DNA of 46,044 nt. It comes from Zavarzinella formosa DSM 19928 (GTDB lineage Bacteria > Planctomycetota > Planctomycetia > Gemmatales > Gemmataceae). The notes below the pieces were generated by a model. The model was not told where the DNA came from, made no database searches, and was given only the letters and a program-made list of their open reading frames with translations. Location of the stretch: positions 623,915 through 669,958 of the forward strand of contig NZ_JH636440.1 in assembly GCF_000255705.1 (NCBI RefSeq), in the 5' to 3' direction. The translations under genes and the position numbers were made by a program. Every line of letters starts with the position of its first letter. Position 1 is the first letter of the stretch. This document shows positions 1-9,380 of this stretch, piece by piece.

Positions 1-37
1 ATTCATTTGCAAATGCTGCTGCTTGATTTTGCATCAA
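1..37. repeat. Right-hand end of a family-1 palindromic element, truncated by the window edge
   Basis: Bases 1-34 (attcatttgcaaatgctgctgcttgattttgcat) match the right end of the 12277-12434 element (attcatttgcaaatgttgttgcttgattttgcat) with two mismatches. Confidence 0.5.
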
Positions 38-86
38 GCCATCACCCAATCAACCGCCACGCCAACCGGCGGAAGTCGCCGGAAGC

Positions 87-536
87 TCACCCGCCCGCCC
101 GGCGGCGTTCGTCACGGCCGGAGAGAATCTGGTGGACTCGTTGCCGGGAGAGGCCGTGCTTGGCGGCGATCTGCGGGTAGGTCCAGCCGGCTTTGCGGAG
201 TTTTTTGAACTCGGCCAGCCGGGCCGCGTCGCCGTCGCGGGGGCGGTGTTTGCGGAACGGGGGGATGCCGAGTTGCCGCCGCCAGGTGGTGATGCGGTCC
301 CGGCTGATGCGGAGCTTGTCCGCCAGCGCCGGGTCCGAGGCGGTTCCCAGCAACTTGCGGACCTTCTCCGGAGGCGGGGGCGCCGGGGCCTTGTAAACGG
401 CGATGCCGATCGACCGGCGTTTCTCGCGCACCACCGACTTGCAACGGTCGATTTTGGCGGCGATTGACTCGTCGGTGGCCTTGCCCAACAGGGCAAGCTC
501 CGCCGAGGTCCAGGCTTTGCGGGGACGGTACTTCAT
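87..536 (-). CDS. Small basic DNA-binding protein with a sigma-70 region-4-like HTH
   Basis: ATG at 536 (MKYRPRKAWT..). The C-terminus reads AGWTYPQIAAKHGLSRQRVHQIL, which resembles a sigma region-4 HTH. The first M in the ORF track is a TTG alternative start upstream. Confidence 0.45.
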   Translation of the reverse strand: MKYRPRKAWTSAELALLGKATDESIAAKIDRCKSVVREKRRSIGIAVYKAPAPPPPEKVRKLLGTASDPALADKLRISRDRITTWRRQLGIPPFRKHRPRDGDAARLAEFKKLRKAGWTYPQIAAKHGLSRQRVHQILSGRDERRRAGG

Positions 537-867
537 CGGGAGAGTAGGGAGAGAGAGAGAAATCGGGAGAGTAAAAAAAAGAAGGTCCCGGCAGGAGACT
601 CGCATTCCCACCGGGACCGGAGAAGTGCGTGGGATTAAATTAGCATGTCCTCCCCGACAGGATCAAGAAAAATCCGCTCCGTTTTCTTCAGATTGGTTGC
701 AAGGTTGCGGAAAAGAAATGTCCGCGAACAGAAGTGGCCCGCCGCGTTCGCCAACCCTCGCCCAAAAGGTCAACTCCCGACAGCGGGCCGATGGTCAGAT
801 TAACATTCGTCCAATTGCCCCGCAACAAGATTCTCGGAGAATCTGACGAACGACAAAACCGGCCGGA

Positions 868-1980
868 TCAGACCACATACTCGACCACATGGGCTTCCGT
901 GCGGTCGGGGACTTCCCAGCGGTCCAGCATTCGCTCGATCACTTTTTCCGGAACCTTGCGACGGCGGGAGCGGTTCTGCTGGAACAGCCGATCCGGCGGC
1001 GCCTCCACATACACCAGCCGGACGTGGGCATGGTAATCGTGAAACAGCCGCAAGCAATCGGACCGGACCTGTCGGCTGAGATTCTGGGCGTTCCACACAA
1101 AGTCCCGGCCGGCCCGCAGGAAATCGCGGGCAATTTCCCGGGCGCGGTTGACCACATCCCCTTGGGCGTCCTGTGGCGGGATGCCCATTTCCTGCCGGAT
1201 CACGTCCAGACTGATGACCGGCCAGTCGGGGAGATGCTGTTCGGCCCAATAATCCTTCCCTGCCCCCGGCAGGCCGCTCATGACCACCACGCGGGTGCGA
1301 AAATCCTCCGGCGGTGTCGTGGCGCCGTTATGACGGTGCGGTTCCCGGAAGAACAGATAACGTTGATGGTCGCTCGGAAATTGGTACGGCCGGTCCAGGC
1401 AGCCAAGTTCTTCGGCCTTTTCCCGGAAATGCCGGACTTGTGAGAGAAGCTGATCCGGGTCGGGGCAGATGCGGCCGCGGGCATCGGACTCGGCCATGAT
1501 CGCCAGCCAGTCACACCGGGCAGTCTGGCTGACTTCGATGGCCATTCGCTCCGGGTTTTCGCTGTCCGTCAGGAAGAACGGCACCAAGTGATGCCGGACG
1601 ATGGCGCACACGGCCTCCCGGTCGTGAAACGGCACGCCCAGCCGCCAGAGAATATGCCGGGCGCGGATCGCCCCCCGCCACGAATGCCCGCGCGAGGACC
1701 AGCGGCCGTCGGCCTCCCGGCGCGTGCAGGCGGGTTTGGCCACGTCGTGCAACAGGGCGGCTTGAAACATTGTCTGGCGGTCATGCTCGGGCAGGGCGCG
1801 CCAGGCGGGCAGCGCGGCCATCGCCTCGCACACCATATGCACATGAATCCACACATCCCCCTCCGCGTGGCGGTCGGGGTTCTGCGGGCAGCCCTTCAAA
1901 TCCTGCATCCACGGGAACGGGTCCAAGTCCGCCCACGGGACGGCCCAGTCCGGTTCCGACGGATATGTCAATTTCCCCAT
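868..1980 (-). CDS. HD phosphoesterase domain fused to a C-terminal Pnk-like P-loop polynucleotide kinase (HD-Pnk-type end-healing enzyme)
   Basis: The N-terminal half has H..H and LLHDVAKP HD motifs. The C-terminal half has Walker A VVMSGLPGAGKD followed by ISLDVIRQ and an Arg-rich lid, which is T4-Pnk-like. The ATG start is at 1980 (MGKLTYP); the track's start at 1998 is TTG. Confidence 0.7.
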   Translation of the reverse strand: MGKLTYPSEPDWAVPWADLDPFPWMQDLKGCPQNPDRHAEGDVWIHVHMVCEAMAALPAWRALPEHDRQTMFQAALLHDVAKPACTRREADGRWSSRGHSWRGAIRARHILWRLGVPFHDREAVCAIVRHHLVPFFLTDSENPERMAIEVSQTARCDWLAIMAESDARGRICPDPDQLLSQVRHFREKAEELGCLDRPYQFPSDHQRYLFFREPHRHNGATTPPEDFRTRVVVMSGLPGAGKDYWAEQHLPDWPVISLDVIRQEMGIPPQDAQGDVVNRAREIARDFLRAGRDFVWNAQNLSRQVRSDCLRLFHDYHAHVRLVYVEAPPDRLFQQNRSRRRKVPEKVIERMLDRWEVPDRTEAHVVEYVV

Positions 1981-2390
1981 GAAGGTCTCGATTCCCAACC
2001 CGTCTCATTACCCATTGAAATCATTTTACACGACTCAGGAACCGAAGGAGAACCTCGCTTCCCAAGTTTCGGATTTCCCGACCGCCCGCCGAGCCGCCTT
2101 AAACGCGAGATTATCGGGAATCAAAGATGAGAACGCCGGAGGTTTCTTTCTTTTTAGGCTGTCCAATGTGTTCACTTTTGTGGGTGACTTAGGCGGCCCG
2201 AAGGGCGGTCTTGGCCCCCGAAAAACGTCCGGCGGGCGTCTTGTGCGGGTCGTATCGCGCCCGGATGGCGAAAAATCCCCATCATGTTCCCGATGAACCC
2301 GTTGCGGCACAAGAGTCGTCCACTACAATTCCCAAACGAAAACCCATCCGATAATTCCCGGCGGGAAACCCCCGTTTGTCTGCGAGGCCG

Positions 2391-2579
2391 ATGATGCAGA
2401 AGTGGATGTGTCTCGGAGCCATGATCGTCGCCGGCCTGACGCTAATCCTGTGCCTCATGGACCTGATTATCGGCAAGCCTTTCGGTGGCGGGCCGTATAT
2501 GGTCGCCGACATCGGGGCCATTCTGGCCGCCGGCACCACCGCGTATTTGGGGTTCAACGCCTGGCAGGATGTGAAATAA
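2391..2579 (+). CDS. Small two-helix membrane protein (hypothetical)
   Basis: Tandem ATG at 2391. Two hydrophobic segments (MCLGAMIVAGLTLILCLMDLII and ADIGAILAAGTTAYLGF). It is convergent with alkB. Confidence 0.35.
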   Translation: MMQKWMCLGAMIVAGLTLILCLMDLIIGKPFGGGPYMVADIGAILAAGTTAYLGFNAWQDVK

Positions 2580-2616
2580 GTTTCTCCCGTCAGGTTTCAT
2601 TTCGCCACCGACCGTC

Positions 2617-3237
2617 TCACGGTCGATTGTTTGTCTCAATTCTCCGAAAAGTCAAATTGATTCGCGGACCACAAGGCTTCTTGGTTTTCGGGATTTGATG
2701 CTGCCAATGTCGTTGGGTCTCGCCGCGCATCAGCAAACAACTCCCGGCCGTCAGGTCGATGGCCGTTTTCTCGGTTCGGCGAACGCGATGCCGGAATTGG
2801 AACCGCCGGACGGCCCCAAAACTCACGGAGGCAATCACCGGCGCCGGGCCGAGTTCCGGTTCGTCGTCGCTGTGCCAGCTCACGCCGTCCGATCCGTCGC
2901 GGTAGTAATTCAGCAACACGCTGTTGAACGGCAGGCCGTCCGGCGCCAGCAATCGTTCGCGGATCTCCGACAGGGCCGGGGTCCACGGTTCGGGAATCAG
3001 TTCGACATGGGAATAGGCGTAACCGGTTCCCGCATCGCCATGCCACGACGTGAGACGGGGAACTGGAATCGTCTTGCCGTAAAGCCGGATGGAAACCTGC
3101 CGCCACGGAATCTCGGCGGTCAACCGGCGGAGGAAATCTTCGGATTCGACGGCATTGAAGAATGCCGGGAAAAAGGTCACGTCCGCGTCCGGCATGGGAA
3201 GCCGGACGGGCATATCGGGAAAGAGTGGCGGCATCAT
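2617..3237 (-). CDS. alkB: AlkB-family Fe(II)/2-oxoglutarate-dependent dioxygenase (oxidative demethylase for alkylated nucleic acids)
   Basis: Carries SWHSDDE (HxD iron ligands), a later H, and the AlkB-typical C-terminal RINLTFRR (INLTFR) motif. Length is about 206 aa. Confidence 0.85.
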   Translation of the reverse strand: MMPPLFPDMPVRLPMPDADVTFFPAFFNAVESEDFLRRLTAEIPWRQVSIRLYGKTIPVPRLTSWHGDAGTGYAYSHVELIPEPWTPALSEIRERLLAPDGLPFNSVLLNYYRDGSDGVSWHSDDEPELGPAPVIASVSFGAVRRFQFRHRVRRTEKTAIDLTAGSCLLMRGETQRHWQHQIPKTKKPCGPRINLTFRRIETNNRP

Positions 3238-3260
3238 GGGGCTGGCCGCGACAACCGGCC

Positions 3261-3656
3261 TTACTTGGTCAGGTCGAAATTTATTTCGCCGCCCCCCTTG
3301 GGCACTTCCTTGGTCAGGGTGGTTTGGGAATTGTATTTCGCGGGAATGTACATTTCCTCGACTTCGTTTTTTCCCTCGACCGTGTTGGTGAACTTGCCCG
3401 TCTTGCGGGAGGCCATGATTTCCACCTTGTAGGAACCCGCCTCGCAGTCGGCCGTGTATTTCCCACCGGTGATCGCCCCGGAATAAGTGGCGCCTTTGCC
3501 GTCGGCCGCCCGGAAGTTAATTCGTCCCTCCGCAACCGGCTCGTTTTCAAACTTGACGTGTCCGGTCACCTTGTTGAGTTTGGGACCGCTGCCCCCGTCG
3601 CAACCCGGCAGGAAGATTCCGACCGCCAGCAACAACCCCATCACCGGGCGCGACAT
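3261..3656 (-). CDS. Small lipoprotein, likely a beta-sandwich (carboxypeptidase-regulatory-like) partner of DUF1559 proteins
   Basis: Signal peptide with lipobox MSRPVMGLLLAVGIFLPGC. It lies 110 bp downstream of the DUF1559 gene on the same strand. The alternative ATG at 3683 is also possible. Confidence 0.6.
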   Translation of the reverse strand: MSRPVMGLLLAVGIFLPGCDGGSGPKLNKVTGHVKFENEPVAEGRINFRAADGKGATYSGAITGGKYTADCEAGSYKVEIMASRKTGKFTNTVEGKNEVEEMYIPAKYNSQTTLTKEVPKGGGEINFDLTK

Positions 3657-3765
3657 CGTCCGGCCAATCGAAACATGCGTCATCAAAAAGATCCTTGGAA
3701 ATAGAACCGCCTCACCTCCGTCTGATGACGGGGATGAGGCGGGGTCATTGTGAAATCGAAACCGA

Positions 3766-4707
3766 TCAGTTGACGGAAGACACCAAGCCATCCGCGCGGG
3801 TTCCGAGCGTCTGCCAGGTGTAGCGGTCCATCGTGTTCTTGAAGAACCGGATGGAGCCGTCGCCCATTGCCGCGTTCACGCCGCCGGTGTGCTTGCTGCG
3901 GGCAAAGTTCCACCGGGTGGCCGTTCCGTTGAGGCTCACGCAGGGAGCGCCCGGCCAGGTGGTCGATTTGCAGGAATACACCTGGTCGGCCACCGTGGTG
4001 TTCGGCAGTTCAAAACTTGAGAATCCATAGGCCCCGTGCGGGGCGCCGCCCCAGACGCCGCCCAGTTCGCCCCAACAGGCGGAGGTGCTGGTCCGGATGA
4101 TGCTTTCGGAAGCCATCAGGGTGTTGGAGGCGCCGTCCGTGATGGCGCCAAAGGTGGTGGTCGAGTCCAGATAAAACATGCCGCCCGGATCACCGGCGCC
4201 AATGTCCTTTTGGGTGGGGGTGGAACCAGACCACGTCATCCCGCCGGCGCTCAGGCCGTAGTTTGTTTGAAAGCCGGTCGTGGTGCCATTGGCCCCCTTG
4301 CCCGGACCATTGGGATCGGACGGGCAAACCAACGTGGGGACGATCACCGCGGTGATGGTCGTGGGGATGTAGAAGACATAATCCGTGGTGTCCGCTTGAT
4401 AGAGCTTGAACAGATTGTCCTGCTCCATGTACGGCAGAATGAGTTGGAACCAGCACTCGCGGCGGTGAGGCACGCCCGCCACTTCGGTCTTGTGCCCCAT
4501 CGGGAAGCAACCGTAGGAACTCTCGTAGTTGTGCAGGGCCAGTCCGAGCTGCTTGAGGTTGTTGGAACACTTCATCCGGTTGGCGGCTTCGCGAATCTTT
4601 TGGACGGCCGGAAGCAGCAGCCCGATCAAAATCGCGATGATGGCGATCACCACCAACAGTTCAATCAACGTGAAGCCGCGACGCTTGCGGCCGGGGGGGA
4701 AAGTCAT
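3766..4707 (-). CDS. DUF1559 / H-X9-DG protein with a prepilin-type N-terminal cleavage/methylation domain (pseudopilin-like)
   Basis: N-terminus [54 protein letters not shown]-terminus [17 protein letters not shown], which is the H-X9-DG motif. ATG at 4707. Confidence 0.85.
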   Translation of the reverse strand: MTFPPGRKRRGFTLIELLVVIAIIAILIGLLLPAVQKIREAANRMKCSNNLKQLGLALHNYESSYGCFPMGHKTEVAGVPHRRECWFQLILPYMEQDNLFKLYQADTTDYVFYIPTTITAVIVPTLVCPSDPNGPGKGANGTTTGFQTNYGLSAGGMTWSGSTPTQKDIGAGDPGGMFYLDSTTTFGAITDGASNTLMASESIIRTSTSACWGELGGVWGGAPHGAYGFSSFELPNTTVADQVYSCKSTTWPGAPCVSLNGTATRWNFARSKHTGGVNAAMGDGSIRFFKNTMDRYTWQTLGTRADGLVSSVN

Positions 4708-5372
4708 GAAGTCTCCGGGCACCAAATGAAGATGAGAAAAAGCATCCCGAACAAAGGGACACGGTGGGTGTGACCCCTTACGCACCCCGGATGCCATCAT
4801 TGGTCCGAACACGAGATGTCGCCATCAGTGTTGACGTAAATGGCTATTTTCAAATGTGTTGTGTAACGATTAAAAATATCTAACAGGTAATGGCTTCCCA
4901 AGATGACGCCTTCGACAGGCGCATCGATGCCTGTTTTTGAAGCAATCGATTTGATGGTTGAAAAATTGTTCGTTGAGCAGAGGATTCAAGCGTTCGTTGG
5001 CGGCATTGAATCAACGAATTAACAAGCTTTGTTTTGCTGATGCGTCTGTTTCATATGTTATTGTACTGATGCGTTGTTGACCACCAAAATTGTTGGCGAA
5101 TAGACGTTTGTGCCTCCGGTGATTGCAATTCATGCCCTTGGTTCGGGCGAAAAAAGCCGCTCGTGGAACAAAACACATGGTTTCCAAAAATTGGCGGCCT
5201 TTCCCTCTGGGCGAATGCGTATGTTCTGTTAGGATCGCATGATTGCCTCATAATGATCCGAGCCGTTTCCTCTCCAAAAACCGGCGTCTTCCACCCCCGC
5301 CTGACGTCGCTCTCCCCGGCCTGATGTGCCTGCATTCCATCCATCTGGTTCCCTTTCTCGGGAGATTGTCTG

Positions 5373-6335
5373 ATGAATTGTCGTTTTGATTCACGTCGTC
5401 GGGGTTTCACGCTCATCGAACTGCTGGTGGTGATGGCGATCATCGCCATCCTGATTGGCCTGTTGTTGCCGGCCGTGCAGAAAATCCGCGAGGCCGCCAA
5501 CCGGATGAAATGCACGAACAACCTCAAACAACTCGGTCTGGCTTTGCAGAATTATCATGGAGCCAACGAGAAGTTTCCCATCGGGGCGACCGCCGCCGCT
5601 TATGTGGGGCCGAATGTTTTCTTGCTGCCATACCTGGAGCAGGACAATATTTATTCCCAAGTCGGCAACCCCAACACGGCCGCCGCCTGGACCACTTACA
5701 CCGCCAACAAACCGGCCGCCTTCCTTTGCCCTTCGGACACTGAAAAAGGCGCGGCGACGGATTACGGGTATTCCAATTACCGCTACAACGGCGGCAGTTG
5801 GGACCGGATCAACAATTGGGATGGCGTGTTTGGCATGGCCGTGTCGTCCGAGAGTTCGCCGACGGCCGTGGCGACGGAAACCCGCATCGCCGACATCACG
5901 GACGGCACCTCGAACACCGCCGCCATTTCGGAAGGATGTAATTATCAGGCCAGCGGCACGGACAAATTGTCCGACTGTTTCGAGACCCCCGCGTCGGTGA
6001 CCGCCACCACCATTCCGACGGCCCGCGCCGCGTTCCAGGCGATGGACTGGAAAACCGCCGGTCTTGCCGGAGGGGGTTGGAAAGGTCGCGGCTACCCGTG
6101 GAGCGAAGGCTCGATGTGGCGCGGCCTGTATAACCACATCCTCCCGCCTAACACCCCCTGCTGGCGTCCCGGAGCCTACGGCCAATACGCCGCCGCCCCG
6201 ACTAGCCGCCACACCGGCGGCGTCAACGTTTGCCTCGTCGACGGCTCGGTGCGCTTTGTCCGAGAGTCGGTGAACGTGGATGCGTGGACGGCGTTCGGAA
6301 CCCGTTCCACGGGAGAATCGCTTCCGCTTGATTGA
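5373..6335 (+). CDS. DUF1559 / H-X9-DG prepilin-type N-terminal domain protein (paralog of the 3766..4707 gene)
   Basis: [53 protein letters not shown] ... [19 protein letters not shown]. It is divergent from its paralog. Confidence 0.85.
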   Translation: MNCRFDSRRRGFTLIELLVVMAIIAILIGLLLPAVQKIREAANRMKCTNNLKQLGLALQNYHGANEKFPIGATAAAYVGPNVFLLPYLEQDNIYSQVGNPNTAAAWTTYTANKPAAFLCPSDTEKGAATDYGYSNYRYNGGSWDRINNWDGVFGMAVSSESSPTAVATETRIADITDGTSNTAAISEGCNYQASGTDKLSDCFETPASVTATTIPTARAAFQAMDWKTAGLAGGGWKGRGYPWSEGSMWRGLYNHILPPNTPCWRPGAYGQYAAAPTSRHTGGVNVCLVDGSVRFVRESVNVDAWTAFGTRSTGESLPLD

Positions 6336-6374
6336 GACGGGTTTGGGGGCCGAATCGGCTCCCATAAAAAATGC

Positions 6375-6656
6375 TTACGTCAGCAATCCCAACCGCCGAC
6401 GGACTTTCTCCCAAGCGACGCCACGGGATGGATCGGCATCCGACAAGGCGGCCCGTCGCTCCAACTCTGCTTGAACCTCCGGGGTGATTGATTCTTGTTC
6501 CAGTGAATCATGGACACTGTCCCACAGAGCCTGAGCCAGCGCAAAACGGTCTTCGGGGCTGAGGGCATCAAGACCAAGTTCTCGAAGTGTTGGCGGCACG
6601 GCGAACCTCGGTGGAAGATGAGGTGTAGTATACCCGAGTCCAAAATCGCTCGCCAT
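6375..6656 (-). CDS. Putative addiction-module component (TIGR02574-like), with no toxin partner
   Basis: LSPEDRFALAQALWDSVHDSLEQ...TPEVQAELERRAALSDADPSRGVAWEKVRRRL matches the conserved pattern of that family. The real start may be internal or a non-ATG codon. Confidence 0.5.
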   Translation of the reverse strand: MASDFGLGYTTPHLPPRFAVPPTLRELGLDALSPEDRFALAQALWDSVHDSLEQESITPEVQAELERRAALSDADPSRGVAWEKVRRRLGLLT

Positions 6657-6697
6657 CCCGGCTGAACCGGCGCCGTCAATCGCCAGGAACTACCGAA

Positions 6698-8248
6698 TCA
6701 GTCCCCGACATCACGTCGCAATTTCAATTCCCGCAGTTTGGCCATCAGTCCGGCGTTGGTGGGATCGCTGGTCACTTCGGCCGGGAAATTCTGCTCGGCG
6801 AGCCATTGCTTTAGGCGAAGGCTGTTGGCCACCAGCGTGATTTGGCCGCGTTGGAAGCGGCCGCGAATGGTGTTGTCGCACGCGGCGAGAAAGGCCTTGG
6901 CGATGTTCGGGCTGGTCAGGGTGACGACATGGATTTCGCCGCGACGAAGCCGGTCGAACACGTCCCGGTTCTCGATGATTGCGGGGGTTTGCCGGTAGGC
7001 TTCCACGGTTTCCACCATCGCCACGGCGGAGAGTTGTTGCCGCAGCAATTCCCTTGCCTCGGCCGCCTGGGCGAGCAAGACCCGCTGGCCGCGAACTCGC
7101 TCGGCCAGTTCGGCGGCCAGTGTTTCCGAATTCATCCCGGCTGACGGAATCAAATCGGCGACAAGGTGGTATTCCGCGAGGGCCTCGGCCGTGGAGGGGC
7201 CGATCACGGCGATCTTTGTCCCGCCCAGCACGCGGGCGTCCTTTCCCACTTCCTTCAACCGCTGAAAGAAGAACTGGACTCCGTTGGCGCTGGTGAACAC
7301 GATCCACGAAAACCGACCGGCCTCCAGTTGCGAGACGGCGACATCAACGCCCGACCAGTCGGCGGGGGCCTCGGCCTCGATCACCGGGAGCGAGTAAGGC
7401 ACCGCCCCGTCCAGTTCCAATTGCCGGGTGAGGGTTTTGGCCTGTTTTGACGGCCGGGTGACCAACACCCGCAAGCCCAACAGCGGCCGGGCCTCGAACC
7501 ACGAGACCGCCGGTTTGAGATCGACCACCTGGCCGATGATGACCAGCGAGGGGCTGGTCATCCCCGCGAGGCGAATCTGATCGTCGATGGTGCCGAGGGT
7601 TCCCATGAGAATCTGTTGTTCCCCGGTGCTGGCCCGGTGAACGAGGGCCACGGACGTGTCGGCGGGCTTGCCTTGGTTGATGAGTTCGCGGGCGATCAAC
7701 CCGAGCCGGCCGACGGCCATGTAGACCGCCAGCGTGCCGGGAAACTTCGAGAGGGCGGCCCAATCGATCCGCGTGCTGGTCTTCCCCGGATGCTCGTGCC
7801 CGGTGACGATGGCGATGGCGCTGGCATAAGCCCGGTGTGTCAGCGGGATTTCCGAGTAGGCCCCGGCCGCGAAGGCGGCCGTCACGCCCGGCACAATTTC
7901 GTAGGGGATGCCCGCCTCGCGCAATCCGGCGGCTTCCTCGCCCCCCCGGCCGAAGATGAGCGGATCGCCCCCCTTTAGGTGGACGACGCAACGGCCTTTG
8001 CTGGCTTCCTCGATGATTCGTTGATGAATGTGCGGCCAGCGCTGCGGATGTTCGCCGGGAAGCTCGTCCACGCACAGCCGTTCGGCATGGGCGGGGGCGT
8101 AATCAAGGATGCGCGTGGAGGTGAGATAATCGTAGAGAACGAAGTCGGCCTGTTGCAGACACTCGACCGCCCGGAGGGTGAGTAACCCCGGATCGCCCGG
8201 CCCGGCCCCGACCAAAAACACCTTCGCCCGTGTGGACTTCGCAATCAT
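6698..8248 (-). CDS. cobA/hemD: Bifunctional uroporphyrinogen-III C-methyltransferase / uroporphyrinogen-III synthase (CobA-HemD fusion)
   Basis: The N-terminus KVFLVGAGPGDPGLLTLRA ... VVHLKGGDPLIFGRGGEE is SAM-dependent CobA/CysG-like. The C-terminal roughly 250 aa is HemD-like. ATG at 8248. Confidence 0.88.
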   Translation of the reverse strand: MIAKSTRAKVFLVGAGPGDPGLLTLRAVECLQQADFVLYDYLTSTRILDYAPAHAERLCVDELPGEHPQRWPHIHQRIIEEASKGRCVVHLKGGDPLIFGRGGEEAAGLREAGIPYEIVPGVTAAFAAGAYSEIPLTHRAYASAIAIVTGHEHPGKTSTRIDWAALSKFPGTLAVYMAVGRLGLIARELINQGKPADTSVALVHRASTGEQQILMGTLGTIDDQIRLAGMTSPSLVIIGQVVDLKPAVSWFEARPLLGLRVLVTRPSKQAKTLTRQLELDGAVPYSLPVIEAEAPADWSGVDVAVSQLEAGRFSWIVFTSANGVQFFFQRLKEVGKDARVLGGTKIAVIGPSTAEALAEYHLVADLIPSAGMNSETLAAELAERVRGQRVLLAQAAEARELLRQQLSAVAMVETVEAYRQTPAIIENRDVFDRLRRGEIHVVTLTSPNIAKAFLAACDNTIRGRFQRGQITLVANSLRLKQWLAEQNFPAEVTSDPTNAGLMAKLRELKLRRDVGD

Positions 8249-8279
8249 CGATTCATTTTAGCAAGTCGGGGAGGGTAAA

Positions 8280-8416
8280 ACCAAAAGGCATCAACCACAA
8301 AGGCACAAAGATCACACAAAGTTTCGCAGAGAAAACCAAGAAAAAGAAATCTCTTTGGTCTTCTTTGTGAATCTTCGCGTGATCTTTGTGCCTTTGTGGT
8401 TGATGCCTTTTGGTCT
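8280..8416. repeat. Perfect 36-bp inverted repeat (8280-8315 / 8379-8416) with a 63-nt loop, filling the cobA/hemD-GNAT intergenic region
   Basis: The left arm (caaaaggcatcaaccacaaaggcacaaagatcac) is the exact reverse complement of the right arm. The right arm ends 5 bp from the GNAT stop codon. Confidence 0.8.
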
Positions 8417-8420
8417 TCGA

Positions 8421-8966
8421 TCAGCTTTCTTCGTATTGGGCGGCGATGCGGTTCGGCGCGGTGTCGTCGTCGTCATCGTCAACCAGATCGTCGAGGCGGA
8501 AGTTCATCAAGTAGGCATCTTCGCCGGAGTCTTCGTAGTAACTTCGCAGAACTTTCGTAGCGTTGAACGCCTGCGAGCGGAAGAACTGCTGGGCCGGAAG
8601 ATTGGACTCCCGCACCGCCAGCGTGATTTTGGTGCGACGATGGCTGGAGAGCTTTCCGACCAGTTTCATCGCCATTTGCGTGCCGATGCCGAGGCGGCGA
8701 TGAGCCGGGTCCACCGCAAAGTTCAGCACATGCAGCTTCGACTTGTGGAGTTCGTAAATCATAAACCCGACCACGCGATCGTTATGCTCGGCCACCATGC
8801 CGATGCAGTTTCGCTGACGCAGACAGCGGAGGAAATCATCCTCCGTCCACGAAAAATCGAAACTGGTGCGTTCGATCTCCAAGACTTCGGCCATGTCCCG
8901 CCGGATCATCCAGCGGATGTGAACGCGAAGCCGGTCCTTGATTGGCAAGCGAACCGTATTGTTCAT
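8421..8966 (-). CDS. GNAT-family N-acetyltransferase (RimI-like)
   Basis: MIRRDMAEVLEIERTSFDFSWTEDDF ... VGFMIYE ... LNFAVDPAHRRLGIGTQM is an acetyl-CoA binding motif. The acidic C-terminal tail is DDDDDD. ATG at 8966. Confidence 0.75.
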   Translation of the reverse strand: MNNTVRLPIKDRLRVHIRWMIRRDMAEVLEIERTSFDFSWTEDDFLRCLRQRNCIGMVAEHNDRVVGFMIYELHKSKLHVLNFAVDPAHRRLGIGTQMAMKLVGKLSSHRRTKITLAVRESNLPAQQFFRSQAFNATKVLRSYYEDSGEDAYLMNFRLDDLVDDDDDDTAPNRIAAQYEES

Positions 8967-9380
8967 TCGACGGACTCCTCCCACTGATCGGCACGCCATC
9001 CCTGGACAAGGCCTCGTGGCCCCCGTGCCGTCCGTTTTTCCGTGATATTTCAGCCACTTCGATCGGTTCGTCCGCCAGTCGGCCGGAGTATCCGGTTCCA
9101 CGGAGGACGAATCATACCAGCAGATTTCCCCGCGCTCAAGAGCAACGATCATTACAATTCAGAACGCGAGCAGGCGAATCAAAATCCAAAACATTTCCAC
9201 CGCGTTTCGCGGCCCCCGCCGGATGGTTTTTCGGCCAAAAAGGCCGGAAATCGGCGGGTTTTCGTTCGCCCGGCCCTCGCGACCGGGCCGGATTCACCGG
9301 CCCTTCGGACCGGCAAATCGACCGTCTTCGACTCCGCATTTCCATTCCGAACACCGAGAAAAACTCAGAGCAAGTGAAAA

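Noticed and set aside
4529-5527. ORFs 4529..4729 (+) and 5051..5527 (-), which translate to '..[23 protein letters not shown]..'
   Set aside because: They are antisense read-throughs of the conserved prepilin-type N-terminal coding segments of the two DUF1559 genes. Their mirror-image peptide similarity is an artefact of the shared DNA.
6223-6414. 63-aa ORF as a potential toxin partner of the TIGR02574-like gene
   Set aside because: It overlaps the 3' end of the DUF1559 gene on the opposite strand and overlaps the antitoxin-like gene itself. It shows no RelE/ParE-like features.
8249-8420. Possible cobalamin riboswitch upstream of cobA/hemD
   Set aside because: No B12-box (GCCACTG/CAGTGGC) and no conserved riboswitch junctions are present. 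The region is instead a simple perfect 36-bp inverted repeat.
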